From Bacteroidaceae bacterium (GTDB lineage Bacteria; Bacteroidota; Bacteroidia; Bacteroidales; Bacteroidaceae): 64,000 bases of DNA. The stretch spans positions 13,281 through 77,280 of the forward strand of contig JAFUFK010000003.1 in the NCBI GenBank assembly GCA_017469925.1. The letters run 5' to 3'. Under the pieces are notes generated by a model. The model did not search any database. It worked only from the letters and a program-made list of their open reading frames with translations, and had not been told where the DNA came from. Position numbers and translations under genes: made by a program. Below, piece by piece: positions 6,816 through 16,146 of this stretch. Each line of letters begins with the position of its first letter. The stretch's first letter is position 1.

Positions 6816-9800
6816 ATGAAAAAAATAATTATATTTTTGTTAACGGTTCTCCCTTCTTGCAACTCGCTCTTGGCGGAAAGTGTTATTGGTAAGGTGTCGG
6901 GGGGGCTGAATGTGAGTGAAACGGGAGCTGCAACGTACACGATTCCTATTAATTCACTGCCGAGTCCAAATGAATTTTCTCCCAGTATTTCATTAACATA
7001 TAATAGTCAAATGGGGAATGGTCTGGCAGGGTTCGGTTGGAACCTGTCAGGCCTTTCATCCATCACCATCGGCCCACGAAGCACATACTTTGACGGGACT
7101 GCTGAAGGAATGTACGAAGGTGACGACAACGCATACTTCCTTGATGGAATGCGCCTACTTTTGGTATCGGGCGAAAATGGGAAGCAAGGAGCTACATACC
7201 GCACCGAATCAGAACAGTATAGTGTCATCCGAATAGATTCGGTACTTGCGGAAACTCCCGCCATCTTTACCATAAAGAAAAAGGATGGCAGCACATATCG
7301 GTATGGAAGCAGTACGGGACGTGCCCGGTACACGGATAATGCTTCCTATGAGTGGGCACTTGACTATGCCGAAGACTGTTTAGGCAATTACATTGTCTAT
7401 ACCTATGAGCAATATGGCCTAACTCTATGTCCGTCGTCAATTACCTATGGCCGGAATAAGAACAATTCTTCAAGCCCTATTTATACGATTTCTTTCTCTT
7501 ACGGGTCAAGAAGTGACGAAATCCCGGTTCACAGGTTCGAGGCATCAATACCCTTCGCCATGAAACTCACGGGTATATCCTGCATGGTCCAAGGAAACTA
7601 TTATAGAACTTATCACCTTACGTATGACTATAATGTATATTCCCATCTTACATCTGTAAGAGAAGACGGATTGAACTCATCATCATACCCAGCCACATCC
7701 TTTGTCTGGGAGAACCTTCCCGAATATAACCTACAAGAGACGGCTCCCGGCATTCCTGCTCCCCCAGGTCAGGCTTTCTCCGACATACACTTCTTTGCAG
7801 CCGACGTGGACAATAACGGGCAAAGCGAACTAATTGGGCTCTATGATACAAATGGAACCGGAAATCAACTTAGGACTGCAAAAATATGGAAGCAAAATCC
7901 TTCTACGGGAAGTTTCTATATAGATGAGTCCCATACTACTGCAAGTGGTATAGCTGTGGGAAACGTATATATGCCTTGCCGACAGGGAGGTTCTTTAGCA
8001 CACGTTAGCAACAGACAGGACAATTCCATCCTGCTTCCATACTATTCCAACCTGGGAGGTGATGGGAGAGTTGTCTTTGACTGTATTAAGGAAGAAGTAA
8101 CCTTTCCTTATTTCATGCAAAGTGCATCCGACAAAATCTGCCACACAATAGCCGATATAGACCGAGATGGATATGATGAAATCATACTGGTAGAGAGGAA
8201 AGAAAACCATCATGCCACTTCCACACGACCGGTAAGCATCATTCGCCTCAACTTAAGCAACAGTTCGTTGACGAGTAGTAACCTTACGATGGACCTGAAT
8301 GGCGACCCCACTCGTATTGCCAGTGCAGACATAAACGGCGATGGAATGTCTGATCTTTTGGTATGCACAACTGAAGGTTTCTATATCTACTGGAACAATG
8401 CCGGGAGTTTCAGCGATACCAACCGCTATTATGGGACGGGATTTGGCGAATGTGATGTCTTGGAGATTGGAGACGTAAATGCCGACGGGTTGCCTGACCT
8501 CGTTATCAACAAACACAAATCAGAACTGACTACCCCAAATACGTGGCTCTGCGCAGTAAATAGTGGGACAACAACCGCCCCATTTTCTTTCTATGACATA
8601 GAAATTCTTGAAAACCTCGGGGCAAACAACTATGGGAATAATGAGGCCTACTGTCTGTTGCATGATCTGGATGGAGATGGAAAAATGGACTTAGTAGCAG
8701 GAATGGCCTTCCACCTGAATAATCACTTTAATAGCGGACAGGTTGTCCTTCTAAAGTCAAACGGCGCGACATTCAGTTATTTAGAAAGTGCCACATTTGC
8801 AACCGAGAGCCTGTATCCTTCATTCGACAAAATCGTACAAGGAGACTTCGATGGTGATGGCGTTATAGAAATAATGTACTATGGTGGTGCATTTCACACT
8901 CCTTCCTCTACTGCTGCATGGCGCAGACTAAAACCTGCCGGATACTCTGCTGCATCCAATCGTATTACAAAAATTACTGATGGATTAGGTCAAATCCAAA
9001 AAATTGATTACGGACTTCTCACTCACGAGGATGTATATGAACAAGACTCAACACCGAGTTTTCCTCTACTTGGATTTAGGGCTGCAATGTCCGTTGCCAA
9101 ACGCGTAGAAGCTATCGCAAGCAATGACACATTGTGGACATCTTTTAAGTATGGCGATGCGCTCTATCATTGGCAAGGGAAAGGTTTCCTTGGATTTAAG
9201 AAAAAATCCATAACTTCGAGTGATGGCACAAAGGCGATGTCAGAATGTGGCATAAATATGGACTATTATGTACTATATCCACATGCTGAAAAGATCTATG
9301 CAAGCAACGATTGCCTCTGGAAAGAAAATATCAGTACAACGATTTTCAACCCTGTCGGTTCTAAAAGTTATTTTGTTTACAATCAAAACCAGAGGGAAGA
9401 TGATAGAGTAAATGGATATTTTGATATTTCTACACACTCCTATGGGGCATATGGAAATATCATAAACGAAGAACATACAGATGAAAAATTTGAATCGGCA
9501 TCCGAATATATGTACTGGGAAAGTAACAACCCCAACATATATATAAAAGGATTGCCTTCCGTCATCGAAACAACAAAGTCTGTTGATTCTTCTCAAGAGG
9601 AAACAGAAAGGATTGTATATACTCGAGAAAATAATACGGGGCTTCCCTTATCCTGTAAGACTTATCGCAACGGCACACTAGTAGAAACCACTCTATATAG
9701 TTATAACACATGTGGGCAATTGGTAACACTTACCACCATTAATGGCAACTCCACAGATTCGCTTACCACCACATACACTTATATGCCTAATGGCAGGCTA

Positions 9801-12752
9801 TCTCAAATAACAGACCCTATGGGATTAACTACGAGTTATGGTTATAACGTATATGGGAACGTCTTTTCAGAAAAGAATTATCTGGGATATTCCACACATC
9901 ACACATACGACAATATGTTGCGTGAGACACTCTCATATAGCCCAATCTCAAGAGTAGAAAACATATACGAACAAGGGGATTATGGAAACGCCGCATATAA
10001 AGTTACTACTACAGCCAAGGGAAAACCTACTACGATATCCTATTACGATAGTTTCGAACGAAAAATTGCTGAGGCGGAGAAACGTTTTGACGGGCGATTT
10101 CTTTATATTGATTATTCTTACTTAAAGAACGGACAATTAGGTTTTGTTTCATTTCCACATATTTCGCCATCAGTCTCGAATGAAGGCACATATAGTACCT
10201 ATGATTTTTATAATAGAAAAATTAGCGAAGTCGATACTCAAGGAAAGACCTCAACATGGGAATACGAACCTTTCGTAGTTAGCTCTAATGTTGAAGGGGT
10301 TGCCCAAACTACAACTTATGCCCATCGTAATGTCATAAATACAATTCAAAATCTTGCTGGGACAGTTGATTTTTCTGTAGATGCGTTTGGAAGGACAACA
10401 CAAATTGTGAAAGGGACAAATACCACCACTATTAACTATGACGATTTTGGGCGCACACTCCAGACCAATGACATGTTAGGGATAACGAGATCTTATGTCT
10501 ATGACAGCAATGGTCATCTTCAATCTGTAACACAAGGAAGTAGCACCAAATATACCGAATATGACAGATTCGGACGATTGCTTTCCAATACATTTCATGA
10601 TAGCGGAACGACAGACACACAAACTTATTATACATACAATGCGAAAAATCAACTTGTTTGTGATTCAAGTAGTAATCATGTATACAAATATACTTATGAT
10701 GCTTATGGCCGTCTCAAACAGGAAAACCGACGGGTAATAGCCAATAATACCGAGAGTATGACGTGCTCTTACACGTACAATTCGCTCAACCAACTGACCC
10801 AGAAAAACGTTGTACTGGGATCGACAGGTATAAATCTTACAGAAAAATATACTTATTCCAACGGATGGTGTCGAAGCATTTCTGTCAATGATTCTTTAGT
10901 ATGGAAATTGGTAAAAGAAGATTATAATGGTCATGTCCAGAATACATCTAATCATTTGGATAATATTTCATGGAGTTACGATATCTATGGCAATTTGTTA
11001 TCCAAATCCGTTTCTGGCGTTCACTCCTTAATACAATCTTATGATTACGACCTTACAACAGGGAATCTTATTCAAGACGATAACTCTTCCTATACTTATG
11101 ACGACCTTAATCGTCTGATTAAGTGGAACAATAATAATTATTCTTATGACGGAAACAATAATCTGACTTCCATCATTCCCCTGGGGACGCTTTCTTATAA
11201 CAATTATAAGTTGAGTCATGCAAATACGAACAATCCACTCAGTGTTACCCCTTATGAATGCAGTTTCGCTTATCTCAAATCCATAGAGCGCCCATATGGA
11301 ATCGAAGAAAACGGGAAAAGAGTAATATTTGCCTATAATGGTAACAAGCAGAGAGTCTGGATGAAAAGCTACGAATATCAGGCGCTGGGACATCCGACAT
11401 TATTGGGCACTCGCTACTACATCAGCGAAAATTATGAAATCGACCAGAAAAATGGCGAACACAAGCGCTACTATTATTATGTTGGCGGCACCCCATATGA
11501 TGCACCAGCAGTTGTACTGATAGAAGATTCCGTCCCTGTTATATATCAAATATATAGAGATAGAATCGGCAGCATTGTTATGTATGCCGGCAGGAATAGC
11601 AGCACCAGTCTTTCCTATAATCCGTGGGGTGTAAGATTCCCTACATCTAATGCACACTACTCTTCACTGATTGATGACGACGCTCTCTATTGCAAGTTTA
11701 TAAGGACATATACAGGTCATGAGGAAATTCCCTACTTTGGCCTGCTCAATGCAAATGCTCGTATCTACAATCCCCATATAGGTCGTTTCATGAGCCCCGA
11801 CCCGCTCCTGACCATAAATGGGGCCCCTCAAGACTTCAACCCCTATGTCTATGCGCGGAACAATCCACTATCCTATGTGGATCAGGATGGAGAATTCCCA
11901 TGGGTCATAATTGCAGCTGTTGCAGGAGGAACTATGAATGTCTTAACCAATTTAGATGATATAAAAGGATTTAAAGAAGGGGCTATATACTTTATAATAG
12001 GGGCAACCGATGCTGTACTTACAGCCACGGGGCATACTCTTACTGGTGCAATCCTTTTCGGAAGTGCAAACAATCTTATATCACAACTTATCAATAAGGA
12101 TTGGGATTTGAAAAGGATTAATTGTATGCATATCTTGAGCGAGGGATTTATTGCAGGCTATTCTTCATACATGGGATCATATGTAAGTGCCCTTATATCC
12201 TCTCCTATTAACAAACTCACTTCTCATATCTCCAATTCACTACTAAGAGAATCAGCAAGTAAGGCTTTGGGTAATTATATTTCTAGTTTTGCTTCTCAAA
12301 CAGGATTTAATTTACTTAAAGGATATGATTTTTCAACATCTATCAAAAATGCTTCTACATCTTCTCTCGTTGATTTGGCCATGGGGGCAATAGATGGATT
12401 TGCATCTGAAAAAATAAGGCTAAATCTGCAAAAAAAATATGATTCCATTAATTCTAACACACAAGATATTATCAATAGAGCCATGGATAGTCCCAATTAC
12501 CCTTATGGGAGTGGAAATATTAATGTTTTTGTAGGAAAAGATGCGGATGGAATTATCAGAAATGTATGTATGAGCAAATATAACACTATCAACAATTTTA
12601 AAAATTCATTAGAATATAGTATTGTAGCAACAAATTGTTCTGCCCGACAAGGAGATTATTTAAAGCAAGCCCTTATCAATCTATGGGGTCTTGGAAAAAA
12701 TGGTGGCACATTAAAATATAATAAGCGAAATACTTTTTCACCCAGATGGTAA
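6816..12752 (+). CDS. RHS-repeat polymorphic toxin (SpvB/TcB-like N-terminus, FG-GAP/VCBS repeats, YD-repeat shell, RHS core, variable C-terminal domain)
   Basis: Lipobox-like signal (FLLTVLPSC). SpvB-type start: TGAATYTIPINSLPSPNEFSPSISLTYNSQMGNGLAGFGWNLSGLSSI. Six DxDxDG-type FG-GAP motifs (DVDNNGQSEL, DIDRDGYDEI, DINGDGMSDL, DVNADGLPDL, DLDGDGKMDL, DFDGDGVIEI). Many YD repeats (YTYMPNGRL, YGYNVYGN, YDAYGRL...). RHS core end: YTGHEE..ARIYNPHIGRFMSPDP...YARNNPLSYVDQDGE. Confidence 0.85.
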   Translation: MKKIIIFLLTVLPSCNSLLAESVIGKVSGGLNVSETGAATYTIPINSLPSPNEFSPSISLTYNSQMGNGLAGFGWNLSGLSSITIGPRSTYFDGTAEGMYEGDDNAYFLDGMRLLLVSGENGKQGATYRTESEQYSVIRIDSVLAETPAIFTIKKKDGSTYRYGSSTGRARYTDNASYEWALDYAEDCLGNYIVYTYEQYGLTLCPSSITYGRNKNNSSSPIYTISFSYGSRSDEIPVHRFEASIPFAMKLTGISCMVQGNYYRTYHLTYDYNVYSHLTSVREDGLNSSSYPATSFVWENLPEYNLQETAPGIPAPPGQAFSDIHFFAADVDNNGQSELIGLYDTNGTGNQLRTAKIWKQNPSTGSFYIDESHTTASGIAVGNVYMPCRQGGSLAHVSNRQDNSILLPYYSNLGGDGRVVFDCIKEEVTFPYFMQSASDKICHTIADIDRDGYDEIILVERKENHHATSTRPVSIIRLNLSNSSLTSSNLTMDLNGDPTRIASADINGDGMSDLLVCTTEGFYIYWNNAGSFSDTNRYYGTGFGECDVLEIGDVNADGLPDLVINKHKSELTTPNTWLCAVNSGTTTAPFSFYDIEILENLGANNYGNNEAYCLLHDLDGDGKMDLVAGMAFHLNNHFNSGQVVLLKSNGATFSYLESATFATESLYPSFDKIVQGDFDGDGVIEIMYYGGAFHTPSSTAAWRRLKPAGYSAASNRITKITDGLGQIQKIDYGLLTHEDVYEQDSTPSFPLLGFRAAMSVAKRVEAIASNDTLWTSFKYGDALYHWQGKGFLGFKKKSITSSDGTKAMSECGINMDYYVLYPHAEKIYASNDCLWKENISTTIFNPVGSKSYFVYNQNQREDDRVNGYFDISTHSYGAYGNIINEEHTDEKFESASEYMYWESNNPNIYIKGLPSVIETTKSVDSSQEETERIVYTRENNTGLPLSCKTYRNGTLVETTLYSYNTCGQLVTLTTINGNSTDSLTTTYTYMPNGRLSQITDPMGLTTSYGYNVYGNVFSEKNYLGYSTHHTYDNMLRETLSYSPISRVENIYEQGDYGNAAYKVTTTAKGKPTTISYYDSFERKIAEAEKRFDGRFLYIDYSYLKNGQLGFVSFPHISPSVSNEGTYSTYDFYNRKISEVDTQGKTSTWEYEPFVVSSNVEGVAQTTTYAHRNVINTIQNLAGTVDFSVDAFGRTTQIVKGTNTTTINYDDFGRTLQTNDMLGITRSYVYDSNGHLQSVTQGSSTKYTEYDRFGRLLSNTFHDSGTTDTQTYYTYNAKNQLVCDSSSNHVYKYTYDAYGRLKQENRRVIANNTESMTCSYTYNSLNQLTQKNVVLGSTGINLTEKYTYSNGWCRSISVNDSLVWKLVKEDYNGHVQNTSNHLDNISWSYDIYGNLLSKSVSGVHSLIQSYDYDLTTGNLIQDDNSSYTYDDLNRLIKWNNNNYSYDGNNNLTSIIPLGTLSYNNYKLSHANTNNPLSVTPYECSFAYLKSIERPYGIEENGKRVIFAYNGNKQRVWMKSYEYQALGHPTLLGTRYYISENYEIDQKNGEHKRYYYYVGGTPYDAPAVVLIEDSVPVIYQIYRDRIGSIVMYAGRNSSTSLSYNPWGVRFPTSNAHYSSLIDDDALYCKFIRTYTGHEEIPYFGLLNANARIYNPHIGRFMSPDPLLTINGAPQDFNPYVYARNNPLSYVDQDGEFPWVIIAAVAGGTMNVLTNLDDIKGFKEGAIYFIIGATDAVLTATGHTLTGAILFGSANNLISQLINKDWDLKRINCMHILSEGFIAGYSSYMGSYVSALISSPINKLTSHISNSLLRESASKALGNYISSFASQTGFNLLKGYDFSTSIKNASTSSLVDLAMGAIDGFASEKIRLNLQKKYDSINSNTQDIINRAMDSPNYPYGSGNINVFVGKDADGIIRNVCMSKYNTINNFKNSLEYSIVATNCSARQGDYLKQALINLWGLGKNGGTLKYNKRNTFSPRW

Positions 12753-12779
12753 ATACTTGCCTATATCAGAGAATAGCAT

Positions 12780-12787
12780 TATCTTTG
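12780..12787 (+). promoter_or_regulatory. possible internal -7 promoter box (TATCTTTG) for the immunity gene
   Basis: Matches the TAnnTTTG consensus, 24 nt upstream of ATG 12811 and just after the RHS stop. Confidence 0.35.
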
Positions 12788-12810
12788 CCATAAAAATAAA
12801 AAAATAGAAT

Positions 12811-13347
12811 ATGTTCAATTTTATAAAAGAGAAAAAGCGAGCCAGAGAAAGAAAACGCATGAACATAAAGATTGGCGACATCTTTTGCATAAAAATGGAC
12901 GATGGGAGTCTGCGTTTCATGCAATACGTAGCGGACGACAAAACTGAAATGTCTCCTGTAATAAGAATCTTTAAGAAGGTCTATCCTTCAGATTATCAAT
13001 TTCAGACAGAAGAAATTGTTGCAGATGAAGTGGACTTTTACTCGATGACTTGGTGCTTGTCGCATGGCATACAAGATGGTGATTGGCAAAGAGTGGGTTG
13101 GAGTAATAATGTGGGAGATACAGAGAACATAATGTTTCGCTTTTACCACGATGCTTTTAACTTTGTAAACAAGAAGAAATCTTACCAATGGTATGTATGG
13201 AAAATCAATCACGAGCGCATTGATATCGGAGAACTTACTGATGAATACAAAAAACGTGCTGATTGGGGATTAATATTCTCCACGGTACAACTTTTGGAAA
13301 AGATCAGACATGGTGATTTTACTACAATACAAACCAAAATTGAGTAA
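12811..13347 (+). CDS. candidate cognate immunity protein of the RHS toxin
   Basis: It lies directly downstream of the toxin on the same strand and has no signal peptide. The same AT-rich composition continues through it. The segment MNIKIGDIFCIKMDDGSLRFMQYV resembles Imm-type immunity proteins. An alternative start is ATG 12859. Confidence 0.45.
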   Translation: MFNFIKEKKRARERKRMNIKIGDIFCIKMDDGSLRFMQYVADDKTEMSPVIRIFKKVYPSDYQFQTEEIVADEVDFYSMTWCLSHGIQDGDWQRVGWSNNVGDTENIMFRFYHDAFNFVNKKKSYQWYVWKINHERIDIGELTDEYKKRADWGLIFSTVQLLEKIRHGDFTTIQTKIE

Positions 13348-13357
13348 TAGAAGTACA

Positions 13358-14005
13358 ATGAAAAAAGTAATTACGACAATCTTGCTGTTCTGCATGGTGT
13401 GCATGAGCAGCGGGGCACAAGAGTTCCGCGCCGGCATGGCCGTGGGAATGAACGTGAATTCACCATCATACTTCGACACGTTCGCGGGCTACAACGTAGG
13501 ACTGCGCGGAGAAGTCAGCTTCAACGGAATGGAGAGCGGGGCCATATTCGACCTGGGACTGCTGCTGAGCGATAAGGGATGGCGGTATAAGTTCGGAGAA
13601 ATGGCAAGCATTGACACCTATGGCGTACGCGATGTACGACTAAAGGCACACCCAACGTACCTGGACATTCCACTGCATGCAGGATACCGATGGCAGGTAA
13701 GCCCAAAGTTGCGACTGTTTGCCTCGGCGGGACCTACCATAGGAATAGGGCTGTTCGGAAAGGAGAAGATGACGTACGAATCGGCTGGCGGACACAGGAA
13801 TTCGAGAACATTGGTGGATAATGTGTTCGACAATACCATGGAGCGACTCGACGTGGCCCTGGGCTATCGCGTGGGCATGGAGTTCAAGCACGAAATACAG
13901 CTTTCGGTGTCGCAGGACTGGGGGCTGAGAAACTTCGACAAGGGCAGTTCGGACATCAAAATCCGTAACCGCAGCTTCTCGCTCGGACTGACCTTTATGT
14001 TCTGA
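13358..14005 (+). CDS. small outer-membrane beta-barrel protein
   Basis: ORF 13310-14005 trimmed to ATG 13358 (signal MKKVITTILLFCMVCMSSGAQ). It has alternating amphipathic beta-strands and a C-terminal ...SFSLGLTFMF with terminal Phe. Confidence 0.6.
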   Translation: MKKVITTILLFCMVCMSSGAQEFRAGMAVGMNVNSPSYFDTFAGYNVGLRGEVSFNGMESGAIFDLGLLLSDKGWRYKFGEMASIDTYGVRDVRLKAHPTYLDIPLHAGYRWQVSPKLRLFASAGPTIGIGLFGKEKMTYESAGGHRNSRTLVDNVFDNTMERLDVALGYRVGMEFKHEIQLSVSQDWGLRNFDKGSSDIKIRNRSFSLGLTFMF

Positions 14006-14078
14006 GGCGAAACCTTATTGATAGGTTTGAAAACCGTGAGCGGGGCTGACGGGGAGGCAGAGTTTCGCAAAGTAGGAG

Positions 14079-15212
14079 TCAGCGGCCGGCGTACATCGAC
14101 TCGTGGTAGCGTTCGTACTCGCCGGAGGTGATGCGGTCCATCCACTCCTGATGGTCGAGGTACCAGCGGACGGTCTTCTCGATGCCTTCCTCGAACTGGA
14201 GGGAGGGTTCCCAACCGAGTTCGCGCTGCAGTTTGCGGGAGTCGATGGCGTAGCGCTGGTCGTGGCCCAGACGGTCGGTGACGTAGGTGATGAGGTCCAT
14301 GTCCTCGCCCTCCTTGCGACCCAGGAGACGATCGACGGTGCGAATCACCACCTTGATGATGTCGATGTTCTTCCACTCGTTGAAACCGCCGATGTTGTAG
14401 GTCTCGGCCACCTTACCCTCGTGGAAGATGAGGTCGATGGCGCGGGCGTGGTCTTCGACGTAGAGCCAGTCGCGCACATTCTCGCCACGGCCATAGACGG
14501 GCAGAGGACGGCGATGGCGTATGTTGTTGATGAAGAGCGGAATAAGTTTCTCGGGGAACTGGTAAGGGCCGTAGTTGTTGGAGCAGTTGGTGACGATGGT
14601 GGGCATGCCGTAGGTGTCGTGGAAGGCGCGTACGAAGTGGTCGCTCGAGGCCTTGGAGGCGGAGTAGGGCGAATGGGGCTGGTACTTGAGGTCTTCGGTG
14701 AAGAAGGTGTCGCCGTAGGCCATGTGGTGGCTCTCGGACGATGCCGTGGTGGTGAACGGAGGCTCGATGCCCTCGGGATGGGTCATTTCCAGGGCACCAT
14801 ACACCTCGTCGGTAGAGATGTGGTAGAAGCGCTTGCCCTCGTAGCGCTCGGGCAGCGACTCCCAGTAGAGTTTGGCGGCCTGCAGGAGGGAGAGGGTGCC
14901 CATGACGTTGGTGCGGGCGAAGGTGAAGGGGTCCTTGATTGAGCGATCGACGTGGCTCTCGGCGGCCAGGTGGATGATGCCATCGACGTGCTCCGCCTGC
15001 ATCAACTGGTAGAAGGCATCGAAGTCGCAGATGTCCATACGCACAAAGCGATAGTTGGGTCGGTCTTCGACATCCTTCAGGTTCTCGAGGTTGCCGGCAT
15101 AGGTCAGTTTGTCGAGGCAGATGATTCGGTACTCAGGATATTTGTTCACGAAAAGGCGTACGACATGGCTCCCGATGAAGCCGGCACCGCCGGTGATTAC
15201 TATGCTCCGCAT
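14079..15212 (-). CDS. rfbB: dTDP-glucose 4,6-dehydratase
   Basis: MRSIVITGGAGFIGSHVVR..., YSASKASSDHFVRAF (YxxxK), extended SDR of RmlB type. Confidence 0.9.
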   Translation of the reverse strand: MRSIVITGGAGFIGSHVVRLFVNKYPEYRIICLDKLTYAGNLENLKDVEDRPNYRFVRMDICDFDAFYQLMQAEHVDGIIHLAAESHVDRSIKDPFTFARTNVMGTLSLLQAAKLYWESLPERYEGKRFYHISTDEVYGALEMTHPEGIEPPFTTTASSESHHMAYGDTFFTEDLKYQPHSPYSASKASSDHFVRAFHDTYGMPTIVTNCSNNYGPYQFPEKLIPLFINNIRHRRPLPVYGRGENVRDWLYVEDHARAIDLIFHEGKVAETYNIGGFNEWKNIDIIKVVIRTVDRLLGRKEGEDMDLITYVTDRLGHDQRYAIDSRKLQRELGWEPSLQFEEGIEKTVRWYLDHQEWMDRITSGEYERYHESMYAGR

Positions 15213-15213
15213 A

Positions 15214-15248
15214 AGTTAAAGGTTCAAAGTTTATGGTTCAAAGTTTTT
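15214..15248. repeat. 7-nt-periodic tandem repeat at the rfbD/rfbB junction
   Basis: AGTTAAA GGTTCAA AGTTTAT GGTTCAA AGTTTTT. The rfbD stop (15238-15240) lies inside the array, which ends 2 nt from the rfbB start codon (15212). Confidence 0.85.
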
Positions 15249-16146
15249 CGTTAATGTTGGCCAGGCAGCGGCGAAGCGAGTCGGTCCAGTAGGGGATGCG
15301 CAGGCCGAAGGTTTCCTTCACCTTGGTCTTGTCCAGCACGGAATAGGCGGGACGACGGACGGGACTGGGAAACTCGTCGCTATGGCAGGGCTGTATGTCG
15401 CACTGGGCGTGGCCTGCCAGCTCTGCTATCATTTTGGTGAAGTCGTACCACGAGGTGACACCCTCGTTCGAGTAGTGGTAGATGCCCGACTTGGAGTATG
15501 GGCGGACGTCGCTGGATGCATAGTCTTGCAGGACGGCATCGATGGCTTCGGCCAGGTCGAGTGCATAGGTGGGCGTCCCGCACTGGTCGAAGACGACCTT
15601 CAACTGGGGTTTGGTTGCCGTGAGGCTGAGCATCGTCTTCACGAAGTTGCGGCCGAACTCGGAGTAGAGCCAGGCCGTGCGCAGGATGACGTACTGGCAA
15701 CCCGAGGCCATGATGGCCTGTTCGCCCTCCAGTTTGGTCTGTCCATAGACGCCCGTGGGCGTGCCCTGTTGGTCCTCACGACAAGGGGTGTTGTAGGGGT
15801 CGCCACCAAAGACGTAGTCGGTAGAGATGTGGACCAGAAGGCCCCCGACACGCTTCATGGCATCGGCCAGGATACGGGGTGCCTCGGCATTGAGCCGGCG
15901 GCAGAGGTCGATGTCCGTCTCGGCCTTATCGACGTTGGTATAGGCGGCACAATTGACGATGGAATCGATGTTTTCTGCATCTACGAGCTGGTTTACGGCC
16001 TCGCGGTCGGTCATGTCGAACAGGGTGGTCTCGAGGCCATCGGCCTCCACCACGTCGGTGAAGATGTAGCGGTCCGACGAGGCCCGACTGACGAGCCTCA
16101 TCTCACGGCCAAGCTGGCCATTGGCGCCGGTAATTAAAATGTTCAT
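15238..16146 (-). CDS. rfbD: dTDP-4-dehydrorhamnose reductase
   Basis: [16 protein letters not shown]..., ISTDYVFGG, RmlD-type SDR. It has a 4-nt ATGA overlap with rfbA. Confidence 0.9.
   Translation of the reverse strand: MNILITGANGQLGREMRLVSRASSDRYIFTDVVEADGLETTLFDMTDREAVNQLVDAENIDSIVNCAAYTNVDKAETDIDLCRRLNAEAPRILADAMKRVGGLLVHISTDYVFGGDPYNTPCREDQQGTPTGVYGQTKLEGEQAIMASGCQYVILRTAWLYSEFGRNFVKTMLSLTATKPQLKVVFDQCGTPTYALDLAEAIDAVLQDYASSDVRPYSKSGIYHYSNEGVTSWYDFTKMIAELAGHAQCDIQPCHSDEFPSPVRRPAYSVLDKTKVKETFGLRIPYWTDSLRRCLANINEKL

Noticed and set aside
6816-12752. Assigning the RHS protein to a T6SS effector class.
   Set aside because: There is no PAAR, VgrG, Hcp or T6SS structural gene in the window. 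The protein has an N-terminal Sec/lipoprotein-type signal, which is unlike T6SS cargo.
5780-13350. Labelling the AT-rich block a mobile element or genomic island with defined ends.
   Set aside because: No integrase, transposase, conjugation gene, flanking direct repeats or tRNA-adjacent boundary could be seen. Only the compositional contrast is supported.
14006-14078. A small hairpin (AAACCT-TATTGAT-AGGTTT) between the convergent OMP gene and rfbB, considered as a bidirectional terminator.
   Set aside because: The stem is only 6 bp and AT-rich with no flanking T-run, so it is not distinguishable from chance.
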